NCBI GenBank assembly: GCA_951406725.2
Contig: OX597830.1
Span: 310,001-374,000 of the forward strand
DNA length: 64,000 nt
Reading direction: 5' to 3'
DNA from: Octopus vulgaris
Taxonomy: Eukaryota
The notes under the pieces were generated by a model. The model was not told where the DNA came from and ran no database searches. It saw only the letters and a program-made list of their open reading frames with translations. A program made the position numbers and the translations under genes. Within the stretch, counting starts at the first letter, position 1. Each line of letters begins with the position of its first letter. Positions 27,261 through 39,779 of the stretch are shown here, one piece after another.

Positions 27261-28355
27261 TTTCGAGCTCACGTGTAGTGAAATATAGTAGAAATATGTT
27301 AGGAAAAGAAAATATAAAATACACGTGGAAATGTAAGAGTAAAATATGAAAAATCAACGAAAATGCATATGGCAAATAGAAAAAGGCTATTTCTGCCTTG
27401 TGATTGTTTTTAATCATATTCCAGGTAGCGACAAATATATACATATAGATTGAGTGACGTAGTAATACGAGTCATAAAGGTCATTATTATGAGATGATTA
27501 TAAGATGATAATAAAGTAAGAGAACAAAACGAACCAATGGTTTACGCGAAGCTATTCATCTTTTGAACAACATCGGTTAATATACGGTGTCAGGTCTAAT
27601 AGTTCCTGAGAAAAAAGATTATTTGTAAGGGAGGTAAGTAGTTCTGGATTTAGAGATGTGACTGGTGTAGGGATTGTATTGGGTTTAGTGGTTTCAATTG
27701 AAGAGTTAGTGGTGTTCTGTATTGAGTTGTGTGTTCATATTTAGTTGGGGGACAAATTTGTTGATGAAAAATGTCTCTTTATGGATGCCTCTGCATGGAT
27801 CAACTCCTTGATTTCAAAAGAATGCTCAACAACATACACAGCAATATACAATTCACTATGGAGCACAACAGTAAGCAACTCCATTTTCTAGACATCTTAA
27901 TTAGATTCTAGACATCTTTTACAAAACTACAGATTCGAGTGTATGTATCGGAAACTATGGTGCGGATTCTTTTTGCTAGGTTAAAGGGTATGTTGCTTTT
28001 TATGTGTTTGGGGTGGCAGGAGTTAAATAATAGGTATTGTTTAGAATCTGTGGGTTTGTAAAAGATGTCTGTTTCTATGTGGTTGTGTCTATGTGGTTTT
28101 ACCAATGCTCACAGAACACCACAATGCAACAAAGGTTGAATAAAGAGGCATTTTCATCAACAAATTTCTCCCCCAACTAAATATGAACACACAACTCAAT
28201 ACAGAACACCACTAACTCTTCAATTGAAACCACTAAACCCTATACAATCCCTACACCACTCACATCACTAAATCCAGAACTACTTACCTCCCTTACAAAT
28301 AATCTTTTTTCTCAGGAACTATTAGACCTGACACCGTATATTAACCGATGTTGTT

Positions 28356-28396
28356 CAAACGATGAATAGCTTCGCGTAAACCATTGGTTCGTTTTG
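28356..28396 (+). ncRNA. Candidate variant hammerhead ribozyme (A3-U8 core) in the PLE pLTR; also at 23498-23538(-) and 27525-27565(-)
   Basis: AAACG-AUGAAUA-GC-uuc-GC-G(U)AAA-CC-auu-GG-UU-CGUUU folds as a three-way junction with a 5-bp stem I. Confidence 0.5.
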
Positions 28397-28569
28397 TTCT
28401 CTTACTTTATTATCATCTTATAATAATCTCATAATAATGACCTTTATGACTCGTATTACTACCTCAGTCAATCTATATGTATATATTTGTCGCTACCTGT
28501 CATAAATAGTCCTTTTCTATTTGCAATATGCATTTTCGTTGATTTTTCATATTTTACCTTTACATTTCC

Positions 28570-28628
28570 ATGATTGATTGATTCTAGTTTCAGCTCATGA
28601 GCTGTGGCCATGCTGGGGCACCGCCATT
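28570..28628 (-). mobile_element. Extremely truncated 3' end of the LINE family at 52730-57240, inserted in the PLE pLTR
   Basis: tctagtttcagctcatgagctgtggccatgctggggcaccgccattt is nearly identical to 52744-52790, with a (TCAA)n tail. Absent from the sister pLTR at 27284-27345. Confidence 0.85.
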
Positions 28629-28660
28629 TATATTTTATATTTTCTTTTCGTAACATATTT

Positions 28661-28727
<67 letters not shown>

Positions 28728-28853
28728 AAGCATGATATATTATACATGTATGTATAATCTTGTAATTGTCATTTTAGTAAATACATTAGCTAACATAATA
28801 TAATGTCTAAAAGTTGATGAACTACATATCAATCCCCTCCATTTTCTTATTCG

Positions 28854-28957
<104 letters not shown>

Positions 28958-29087
28958 TTACGCTCTGGTGGCTATAACCCGAATTTATACAACCAACAAT
29001 GATGAGGTGAGACCAAAACAACAACACATCACAAAGTATAAAAGGAAAAAAACAGTAAACAATTTGCAGAAAGATAAAATATCATCC

Positions 29088-29130
<43 letters not shown>

Positions 29131-29229
29131 TTATGCACGTTTTTAACCACTTAATAAACTTCTGTTTATTAACAAAGACTTTGTGTGTCTAAGTTAATTG
29201 CTGCACTAATTAGTATCATAATTATATTC

Positions 29230-29720
29230 ACATAAAAAGTAACCAAAACACATCCTTACAGCAGAAGCTCAGAAGCTGTCTGCAGTGTGGTGCTTGTGGT
29301 GCAAGATACAGTCTACACGGAGGTTTCCGTCATAAGGGATAAAGCCCTGATGGAATGTGTATTCGTCGTGTGATAAATTTTGATATGATGTTAGAAGACA
29401 AGATTGGTTGAAATGTGCCCTGGTGAATCACTGGTACATATATCCCCGAAGTGAGGGAGATGGTGAGAAAAAGGTTGACCGGTCGTAGTTTGAATCTAAG
29501 AAGCATCTCCAGTCGATAGGTTTCCCTCATCCTCTGAACCAACTGAACACCATTTTGTTAATCTGTAGGTAATCCCTATTCACTGTTGAGAACCATTAGC
29601 AGTTTCCTACTTTTCTACAGTTTCACTGGGAGTCATACCTTAGAAAATAATGGTGTTTTATCGGCTTCTGTATGATGAAAACAAAATTCAAACCAGGCAT
29701 TTTGGAATCAGAATATGAAC
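29230..29720 (-). mobile_element. Highly decayed non-LTR retrotransposon 3' fragment
   Basis: Only weak Cys/His-knuckle-like and RLK(S)R.P-like hints on the minus strand. Confidence 0.3.
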
Positions 29721-30904
29721 AGGAATGTAAGTCAACCGGTCCTTTCATCCTGTCATATTAAATTTAAAATAGTAACTTTGGTAAAGTGTGGTTGATTTAC
29801 CATGGTTTGGTTAACGAGGATTGGTTACAGTTCGCCAAAGTGCACCCTCAGCCACCACCCACACACCTTGATAGTTTTGAATTTGAGAGAGATCTATTAT
29901 AGCACAGGCAATATCTCCGGTCTTGAGAAAACAGTTTCTTTTACTCTCACTTTGATTAGGATCCAGAAAAGGGTAATACCATTTGCTCTTTCTTCCTTAA
30001 AGTAGAAGAAAGAAAAATAAACTGTTTTTTCTTCCTACTGACCTTGAAGTGATTGGTGCCGATCGGATTTGATCTGAGAAATGAAAGGTCAGTTACTGAA
30101 TACTGTCATATAACGATGATGATGATAGCGACAATAAGGATAGTGGTGGTAGCAGTACGAGTAGTGATGATGATGGAGATTAATAAAATGGTGATGAGAA
30201 AGAGGAGGCAGGATAATGAAATTAGAGAAATATTTTTGCTACGAAACTTGTTCATGTTATAGTTGAGGAGTTGCCGGAAAAAGCCAGCTTCGTCTTTTAT
30301 TTACATCTGAATGCTTCATTGGCAAACAACAACCAATAATTATGGGGATGAAGGTGGGGTCACGCAGAACAGCGAGGATCCAAACAATGAAGTGTCCATT
30401 CTCGATATCAGAATCGATGGTAAATATCTAATCACAATTCTAGTTGTAACTGAAGAGATATTCAATGTGGCTGAAACAGCTCCCCATGAAACAAGTGAAC
30501 CACGTGTGTTATGAACACAACCTAGCAGGAACAGATACTCTCCGATGGCGAACAATAAGAGGGATCAAACATTCACTTTCAACTCTGCCAGAAAGTGTAA
30601 AGAAGTGATAGAAACCGCAACGTGTTGGCTGAGAATCTCCTTTTAATCTGCTCATAAGTTATATTGCTTGAGCAGCGGATAAAACATTTGCAGTATTTCT
30701 TCCGGTTCGTCAGTTTCCGAGCTCCAATCTCAATGTAGTCGATTTTGCTTTATATCCGATGTGTCAAACTTTATTTTGTTTTCAAGCGTCGAATGATTTG
30801 AGGCAAATTTAGCTGTTATTACTAGTAGGTCACACATGTATGCAGAGATATCCACAATAATTGGTGTGTTAATGCGTGTGTGTTATGTGTTATATGGCAT
30901 AGTG

Positions 30905-31240
30905 TAAGCGCATGTCTCAGCGGTTAGTGCGCTGGGCTCACAATCATCAGGTAGTGAGTTCAATTTCCGAACCAGGCTGCTGTATGTTGTGTTCTTGAGC
31001 AAGATACTTTATTTCACGTTGCTCCAGTTCACTCAGCTGTAGAAATGAGTTGTGGCGTCACTGGTGCCAAGCTGTATCGGCCCCTTTGCCTTTCCCTTGG
31101 ACAACATCAGTGGTGTGGAGAGGAGAGACTTGTATGTATAGGCGACTGCTGGTCTTTCATAAACACCCTTCCCCGGACTCGTGCCTCGGATGGAAACTTT
31201 CTAGGTGCATTCCCAAGGTCATTCATCACCGAAGGAGCTC
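30905..31240 (+). mobile_element. tRNA-derived SINE
   Basis: A-box-like tctcagcggttag, B-box gagttcaatttc, central gtgttcttgagcaagatactttatttcacgttgctccagttcactcagctgt. Confidence 0.85.
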
Positions 31241-31793
31241 TTTACTGTGTGTGTATGTGTAGGGAGTAAGGATATGAGGGATCGAAAGAGGTGCTGGGTA
31301 TCAGGAAATTAGAGTGATAAATGAATAACCTGTCCTTCGTTTTAAGATGATAAGATGTGTTTGGCGGGATATTTGACTGCCATCTTAAGTTGATCACCTG
31401 TCCACTGACCCTGTATATATCGTCCTATTATCAAACAACGTTCTTGCCATGGCCATCCCCTATTATATTTAGAATTACATCATTTAATGTCTTTTTTAAA
31501 TAATATTACACTGATATGACGGAGATATAACTGCTACTTTTATTAGTTCGATATATCAGGATCTCAGAGCTCTTTCCCACCGTGTGTATGTGTGTGTGTG
31601 CGTGTGCACGTGTGTTTCATTATTTAGCCTTGGTCGGCTCTTAAAGTTGTCCTAACTTTTTGTATGCTGTCAACCAAAGCCTGCTTTGCCCAGGGTTTGC
31701 TGTTTTAGGCTGTGATTTGGAATGCCTGCTATTTCTGGCAGGCTACTTGGCCAGGAATATTTTACTTCGTTCGATGATCAGCGATTATGTGAA

Positions 31794-31852
<59 letters not shown>

Positions 31853-32690
31853 ATGTGTATTATGCGTAATGTGCGTATGTGAGAAGAAAAACGAATCCAG
31901 TGAAGTTATAGATCCAAGTTCGAATAGAAGTCAAGGCAGCGGTTTAAAAGATAATACAGGAAATAGAGAATGTTTGGAGATGGAGTAGATGAAAGTGTGT
32001 GTGTGTGTGTGTGGGGGCATTGTTAATGAAATACCATTAAAATGGTGAATCGGTAGCAGAACCTAGTAATAACTGGTAGTTCCACCAACCCCCTCCACCC
32101 CTCTTCCCTTTTAACACTCCTCACAATAATTTATTCTATGCTGAAATGTTATTTTATTGTTCTTTTCGTTGGTCTTGGTGATGATGATGATGGTGATGGC
32201 ATAGTCTGTTTGTCGTTATAGGTTTAATACATAATAAAATACGAAAAAGCGATCATTGAAAACGAAATTCTACAGATATAAATTGACAAGTGATTAGAGC
32301 ACCCATCCGACTCCTTACCCGCAATTCAACCGTTGCCCACATCCAAAATCAGAAAAAAAGAAAAGAAAATGTCATTAAAATAGTATAAAAGGAAAAAAAA
32401 TTGAGTGAAACAGTTTTTCAACTTTGATGAGTTAAAAATGTCTTAATACTCCTCTCTCCCTCTCCCTCTCTTTCGCTCTATCTATCTCACTCTCCATCTT
32501 TCTCTAATCAGCTCGGACGCTCTCGCTTTTATGTCTGTATCTGTCATTTCCTGCCTCTCGTACACATAGATAACACATGCATGCACATATATACACACGC
32601 ATACACGCACGCATGCATAAATATATGCCTGGAAACACACACAAACACAGACATACACACAAAAACACACACAAACAAACACAAACACAT

Positions 32691-32734
<44 letters not shown>

Positions 32735-33674
32735 ACACACGCACGCACAGAGAAACACACAGGAACACAAACACACATGGCCTGTCATAAAAAACTGTTT
32801 TGAGTTTTCGTTCTTCTGAGAGAAAGAATGAAATTGTTTTGATTTTATTTTGTTATTCCTTTCTCGTGCGCGCAGTGTGAATCTGTTGGCGACGACATTG
32901 GCGCTACGACGTGTCAGCACGGCTATGGTTTCAGATAAACGACACAGAAAACAAACTCCTTCCATAAATGGTAAACGCGGAAAGTTACAAATAAGAGACA
33001 CTCCACCAGAAATGCTTGCAATGGGGTCGTTCAACCTGCTAGAAATAACAACTAAATTTTCCTCGTTTCAAACACTGATGTAATGAATATTTTTATTTAA
33101 ATAACAAACTCATAGAATTCTTTTAAACATTAGGTCTACTCAACCTAGGGTTAAACAACACTTTCAACACCAACTCAATAGAAGAATGAGGAGTCAATAG
33201 GGATATTCCATGTAGCAGAAATAATAACCAAATCCACCAGAAATATCCCATAATGAAGTCCAATATTTCAGAAGATAGTGAAATTTTTGTGTGTATAATG
33301 TGTTTAATGGAATCTGAGGTTTAATAGGATGTGAAACAGAATCTGTTTAACAGCATCAAAGATAGGATAAGTATATTACGGATTGTATAAGGTTTGAACA
33401 CGGACACAGGACATCTCGTCTGATAAAAAAGGGGCATGCAAGGGAAGAATAGAAACAATGTCTCCCTCCATCAATTTGTCTGAAAAGAAAATGCTTACCT
33501 CATAACAGAATTAGTAGAATTCTTAAAACATCCGCTAGAGGGCAATGTTGTGCTTCTTTTAGCAGTTTGTGATCTGCGTACACATTCCACTGTGGTCATC
33601 CTCTCCAAGTCAATAAATACAAGTTACGAGCCGAAGTTGATCCTTCCTTCTCTTTATCTCCCCATCGTCAGTCC

Positions 33675-33725
<51 letters not shown>

Positions 33726-34434
33726 TCTCTAAACTATATCATTTACTAGAAAAGAAACTGATATAAATTTAATTAAAAATGAAGCTTTAATTACATTAGT
33801 ATTGTTTTTGTTTTGTTTTTGTTTTAATGGAAACAGGTGATTAAAAACTTTGCAGCCTCCCCACTGTCACAAAGTGACATTTAAACGGTTTTAATATTAA
33901 TGTAAGTGAGTAAAGAATGCCTTCTACTCCTGGGAATTTATGGATCACTTCCAAACTTGAGGTAGAATTTTATCGAAAATGAAAGAATTACTTCGGATGC
34001 AATCAAAACAGAAACAATTTTACGGCCTTTTCAGAAAAGTGACATTAGCAATTCCTTCGACGCGCAGAACAAACTCCGCAGACTCGGCATTGATGACTCC
34101 CAGGAGGGAGACATTGATGAAGATAACAACGAGAGTGAATTGGTTGAGCGTTATGATGACGGTCATTAATGGCTTCTTTTTTTTTTTCTGGAACGGAGAC
34201 TTCGAAAATGAATAAAAGAGGTTTTAGTATTCTCACTTTTATAACAAAAATAATTTTGCTTCATATCTTCTCACGTTTCATATGTTTTAATAAATAAAAC
34301 TAAATCAAGATATCTATTCGTACAATGGCTTTGATCCTTAATATTCCGTGTTTCTTGTGTTTACTGGCAGTTCATTACAATAAAATTTCTATCGCAATTT
34401 TCACAAATTTATGAGAAGTTACGATATAGATAGG

Positions 34435-34587
34435 GATAGGTGTGGCTGTGTGATTGCTTCCCGAACATATGATTCTAGGTTCAGTCCCACTGAGAGGCAT
34501 CTTGGACAAGTGTCTTGTACTACTACCTCAGGTCGACCAGTCTTCTTATTGGATTTGGTAGATTGTAACTGAAAGAATCTCATTGTA
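34435..34587 (+). mobile_element. Decayed SINE 5' part
   Basis: ggttcagtcccactg..cttggacaagtgtctt..ggatttggtagattgtaactgaaagaa is the reverse complement of the family seen at 50410-50530. Confidence 0.65.
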
Positions 34588-34589
34588 TG

Positions 34590-34626
<37 letters not shown>

Positions 34627-34643
34627 GTGCGTGTGTGCGTGTG

Positions 34644-34693
<50 letters not shown>

Positions 34694-34859
34694 CTATGTT
34701 GAAAAGCAAAGTTTCGATAGGAGACTTAAAAATACAGTATCCAAACCTTGTTTTGGGTATGTTCCTGGTGAGCACGTTCCCCACATACGACTACCAGGCG
34801 TCCTGGCGGTACTTCAATTTAGTCGCAGGATCTACGTAAGGAATTCCTCGGTATACGTT

Positions 34860-35330
34860 TAGTATATTTCACACATAATGGATAAGGAAAGAAACCAATT
34901 GACAGTGGATGAACAAAAAAACTGCAGGAAGGGATCACAAAGAGTCAAGGATTAGTAGCTGGTTGATCAGGCAATTCTCAGGAACTGTCGAATGTCGACA
35001 AGCCTATCAATGACTTGGATTGATTATTAGACAGTATATATATTCGTGGATTATAAAAAACCTGGAGATAGTCGGGGTGGGCAAGAAATTGATTTGTTTG
35101 TTCAAAAATAGTGTGAGAAACTTGAAGACAGTTTTGATTGCAGGTGGAAAAGAAATTGGACTTGTTGATATCAAGAGAAGAGTTTTTTCAAGGAGGCCAC
35201 TGTTTATTGTTCCTATGTTACCACTTTTCATGGTCCTGTGAAAGGTGGAAGTTGGTAACTAAATGCAGGAAAATATGAGACCAATCATTTACCTGATGTT
35301 CCTCGGTGCGCTGAAGCTTTACAGTGTTAG
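34860..35330 (+). mobile_element. Decayed R4/Dong-clade non-LTR RT fragment
   Basis: Conceptual translation EQKNCRKGS..KD..LVDQAILRNC..LSMTWIDY..WIIKNLEIVGV..VDIKRRVFQG..LFIVPMLPL..NHL..LKLY resembles R4/Dong RT motifs 2-5. Confidence 0.75.
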
Positions 35331-36231
35331 AAGAGCTGGGACGTGACAGAGTTAAATGAATAAAAATCATAATCAAAGTTTATTGTAAAGGTCTGATATC
35401 GAATCCTTAAGCGAAAACTCTTCATATCTTCATATCTTCATATCTATTTATATATTGAAAACTTCCGTTCATTAAATTTTCAGTATTAAATTACTAATTC
35501 TTTTTTTAAATAAACGTAAGCGGAAAGATTTTTAAAAAATACGATTTTCGATATCGACGATTCTATAAAAAGGGAGATAGTGTAGGTCTGAATCAAAAAA
35601 CATTTTAATAATATAGTTTGTATATATTTTGTACTGAAAAAAAAAATGAAGGGAATTATTTAAAAATTAGAGATTTTAAAGTACAAATATACAATAAAAT
35701 CTTAAGTGTTTCAATGCAATATAATTTGCATCAGTTTATAAGTAAACATAATCAACAAATGCCGTGTACCTTTGTTATTTTGAGATTGTACAAATGTATA
35801 TGTTAAATATATTTTCGATAATCTCCGTTACAAATCTAAACTATTTAAAAATGATTTTCCCTTTTAAATCTATGAAGTACATATGTTGACTTTATATAAT
35901 AAATGTAAATATGTTATTTTCCGTAAAATAGACTCCGTTTTGAACACTAGTTTTTCTCTTGTTACCTAACAGAAAAATGATGTTACGATATGTTTCTCTT
36001 AACATCGCTTGAAGCTAAAAATTTAAAGGCCATTTTATTATTTCTCAAAACAATTCTCAATTCAAAACTTTCGCTTTTCTGATATTTCCGTCATTTGTCA
36101 TTTATTGTTCATTATTCCCATTTTCTTAACTCACAGAGTATTAACGCCGACGACATGATCACGTGACCTTAAATATTTATTACTATAGAATAACATTAGA
36201 TAACAGATTGTATATGGAATATAATGCTGAA

Positions 36232-36428
36232 AGATGTAAAAGGCCAAACAATGCAAACAGATTTTAAGATGAGGTAACGTAAACTAAACTGGTAACTTAC
36301 ATTAAAGTTACTATTGAAGCCAATGATAGAAATCTCGGCAACTTAAGAATTAAGGAAGCTTTGATTATCTATAAATTAAACCCACAAATAAATAATAGAT
36401 TGGAGCTAGGCACGCAATACATAACATA

Positions 36429-36466
<38 letters not shown>

Positions 36467-36772
36467 GGGCACATTTGCTACATATTAGAAAAGTGGTGAT
36501 GAAAATTGATTTGTGGAGAGATAAGTTAATAATGGACGTCACTAACAAAAACTAAGAAGAGAAACGCTTGAAAATTCAAATATAATCATAGAATTATTTT
36601 ATCTCCGACAAGAAACATCTTACCAAGGACAGTTCCTTTTTAACCCTGAAGAAGGGACTTGTATGTCCCGAAATATTGGATACATACAAGACCAAAGGTT
36701 ACCAAGTAACTTACTTTTAGTTTACGTTACCTCAACTTAAAATCTATTTGCATTGTTTGGCCTTTTACATCT
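36232..36772 (+). mobile_element. Short PLE remnant with inverted pLTR ends
   Basis: 36232-36290 is the reverse complement of about 36714-36772. The interior encodes a GIY-YIG C-terminus (NLRIKEALIIYKLNPQIN) and a hammerhead motif. Confidence 0.85.
36643..36681 (+). ncRNA. Minimal hammerhead ribozyme motif (PLE type, CUGAAGA+A)
   Basis: acc-CUGAAGA-a-GGGAC-uuguau-GUCCC-GAAA-UAUU-gg, with palindromic AAUAUU in the stem III region and a weak stem I. Confidence 0.65.
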
Positions 36773-36968
36773 CCCTTTCGAAATTACCCCTAATAGTGGT
36801 TTAGAGTATAACTACTCTTTCTAGCGAGTCAGATGTCCTTTTATGGCCATCCCTTATGTGTTTAAGTGTACACTGTATTTTTATAGGAATAATATAGTCT
36901 ATTGACTAGGTTTTTCTTCTCGCTAGACCAATGGTAGCAAAGAATCTTTTTTTGCTACCCTGAAATTT

Positions 36969-37136
<168 letters not shown>

Positions 37137-37269
37137 TTGTGTGTGTGTGAGTGTTTGTTAACACCTAGAAGGAGGTGCATTTTCCACACATCAAAATGAA
37201 TGGAGCTTTGGGTGGGACGAACTGATGTGATGAGACATTAACGTTTATCGGGTGTTTCGACCTGAACCG

Positions 37270-39175
37270 TAATACTCTCCCGTTGGTGGGCCACTAGAGG
37301 TGGCCAAATCATTGCTACTCATCTCCTCCTGGCTTCCACCTTAAATCCTCTCTCTCAGTCTAAACCAACTAGAGGTACTTTCTGCGGCCTCGCCCTCCTG
37401 CGAACAACCACCCCTCACTGGTTTACTGCTATTCCATTGACTGTAAGCATCCTCCATACCGGCCGATCAGAAAACCCCCTACAGCCAACCTCAACTAGAA
37501 AAAAAACATAACCGCCATCCCTTCTCTCTGCAATCCTGCAAAAGGCTCTCATATTTGGTGCACTTAATTGCTGCTGTTGTTTTCTCTTGGTAATGATGTT
37601 TCTTGAATATTTCATGCTCCAGGGTGTTAGCGAGTGTTGCAAGCATCGCCCTATCATGGCGCCACTTGTATCTTCCTTGAGAAAGTACTATTCAATATCC
37701 TGAGAAGTTGTGTGTCAGCATGCCCCTTTTTCCACAAATTCTACATAGCTGGTCTTTCCTCAGACCCCATCTGTGTATGTTTTTTGGCGTTGGGAATGTG
37801 TCACCCACCACCCGCAAGAGGAAGGTGAAGCGAAAAGAGTTCAGTCTACACATGTCTGTCCATGCAACTTTCTTCTTAGGGATGTCCCATTTAGTCCAGG
37901 CACCCTGAGATATCAGTTCGACAGCTCTTGACCTTTCTTCCCCCTGGTTCCACACTTCTGCCTGGTTCACGACCCTCTAGATGGGAACTCCAGTGTCTTC
38001 CAGCCCTCCTGAAAAACCTGGAACGTCACCTTTCTGGTTAGAGGTGTTTATGTATCCATTCTCAGTCAAGCATGAGTTCATCCATTTGGCCTATACAGAA
38101 AAGAAGACCTCTAGCCTCAAACTTTTAGGAGAGAAATGGTCCTGAATTGGTTAATGGTTAAGGAGTCTTCTTCCTTTAGCACAAAACATCCTTCTGCCTC
38201 CTTCCAGTATGGTGGAAAGATGCCCTTCATCCAGATCTTTCGGAACAGTGTCCATAGATTCCAAACGAAGTTGTGGGCATTTCTCATATACTTTATACTT
38301 GGGCCAGGAGCTGATCATGATCTGGCCTTTTTCATCAATTCTTCCCCTTCTTTCCAGGACGGACAGTTGAGGTTGAGCTCGTTTAGGTAAACATCAATGG
38401 CTTGGTTTCTGATGTCGTCATTGTGGGCCTCCCCCAAAAACTTTCTACCTCTCCTCTGGAGCCGGTCAGTTTCTCTGATTTGGTATCACCTAACAGTATT
38501 CAGGTAAAACTAAAAGAGTTTTTGATACATTACACCCCTTTGGTCTCCCTCTCTTTCCTCCACTTCCTGCTGCTTTCCATCCTTCTAAGCCTGCTCAGAC
38601 GTTCATGGAACTAACTCGTGAGCGGGTGTTCTTTTATACTGCTTATTGAGGGACTTGATTTCTCCCTTCAGACGGTGCATCCTTCTTACTCCTCTGCTTC
38701 ACTTATTTTTGATTGTTGTGGTAACCAATCTGTCCGCTGTTCCAAAGCCATCTCTCGTCAGATTCAATGTCTAGGGAATTGAAGGTCTTGGTCTAGTTGT
38801 TGCCATTCCTTCATTTCATTCATTTGGGCCATTTGATTCGATCTGTTGCTGGGTGGGATTGGCCCTCTGGGGGTGGTGTTGGGTGAGGTGTCCCATTTGA
38901 GGACTTGAGATCACACAGGTGCTGGGATATTTCCAGTCCTGTGGAGTGCTTGCTGCCTGGTCTTCTCTTGCAACTCACCAGGTGTCACCATGGCTCAGTG
39001 TATCTTGAGCCCTTTTACATTCTTGCAGATCTTTTTGCAGAAACATTTCACTTCCAGTATCTCACTAGTCGATGATGATTGGAGCAGAGTCTGTGTCCGG
39101 AAATCATTCCTGGTCGTTATCATTGAATCCGTCCTGTTCTCTCATCCGCCACTGCTCGGGAGACCCTGGGGTGTC
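37270..39175 (-). mobile_element. Internally deleted Hero-like (R2-group, restriction-like endonuclease) non-LTR retrotransposon
   Basis: N-terminal C-F-C-K-K-I-C-K-N-V-K-G-L-K-I-H finger, RIKWP, SAPGP, WKEAEGCFVLKEEDSLTINQFRTISLL, QKGDVPGFSG. Then a jump to QGAWTKW..FLLRVVGDTFPTPKNIHRWG..CRICG..H..GRYKWRHD and VEVGCRGF. Confidence 0.88.
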
Positions 39176-39399
39176 ACTTACATAGTGCATACATGCACAA
39201 ATAAACAAACACCACACCCCTAAACACACACATACAGATACACACTCACACAAACACACACACTCACACACACTTAGACATGTATACGTGTATGGCACAA
39301 ATTTAAAATCATGAGTATACATTTGTGATTTCAGATCTCTGTACATATGTGACTACATAGAATACATATAGATATTTACACACACACACAGACACACAC

Positions 39400-39464
<65 letters not shown>

Positions 39465-39722
39465 TATACGTGTATTATTTATCTATAAATATTCCAGTGT
39501 AAGAGAAGCTCAAAGAAGTTCTGTCTAGCAATTTAGAATAAGAAACTTAAAGATAAGTCTGTGAAAGATTATTTACACATAATCATTAGTTCAACAAAAT
39601 ATCTTTTATAAAGGTCCTTCGATAACCAAACAATACTTAGGAAGTGTAATGTATAAGCTAAGTATGGAAAGAAGGAAATTATTCACATACACGCTTATGT
39701 GCATGTGTGTGTATATGTGTGT

Positions 39723-39769
<47 letters not shown>

Positions 39770-39779
39770 TGTGTGTAGA

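Larger units (their letters stand above)
23050..28668 (-). mobile_element. Near full-length Penelope-like element with direct and inverted pLTRs, internal inversion and 5' mosaic
   Basis: pLTR copies: 23050-23143 (partial), about 23337-23790, about 27284-27780 (direct) and about 28095-28668 (inverted). RT motifs IKEADKGSAVV, FYRLPKIHK, LRPIIAGP, SFDVVNLYTNIP, AMGS, RYLDD. EN IYVMTCIGCGKLYIGQT. Outer pLTR ends abut (TA)n. Confidence 0.96.

Noticed and set aside
33960-34215. piggyBac-like acidic N-terminus
   Set aside because: No TIR/TTAA pair or catalytic motif found.
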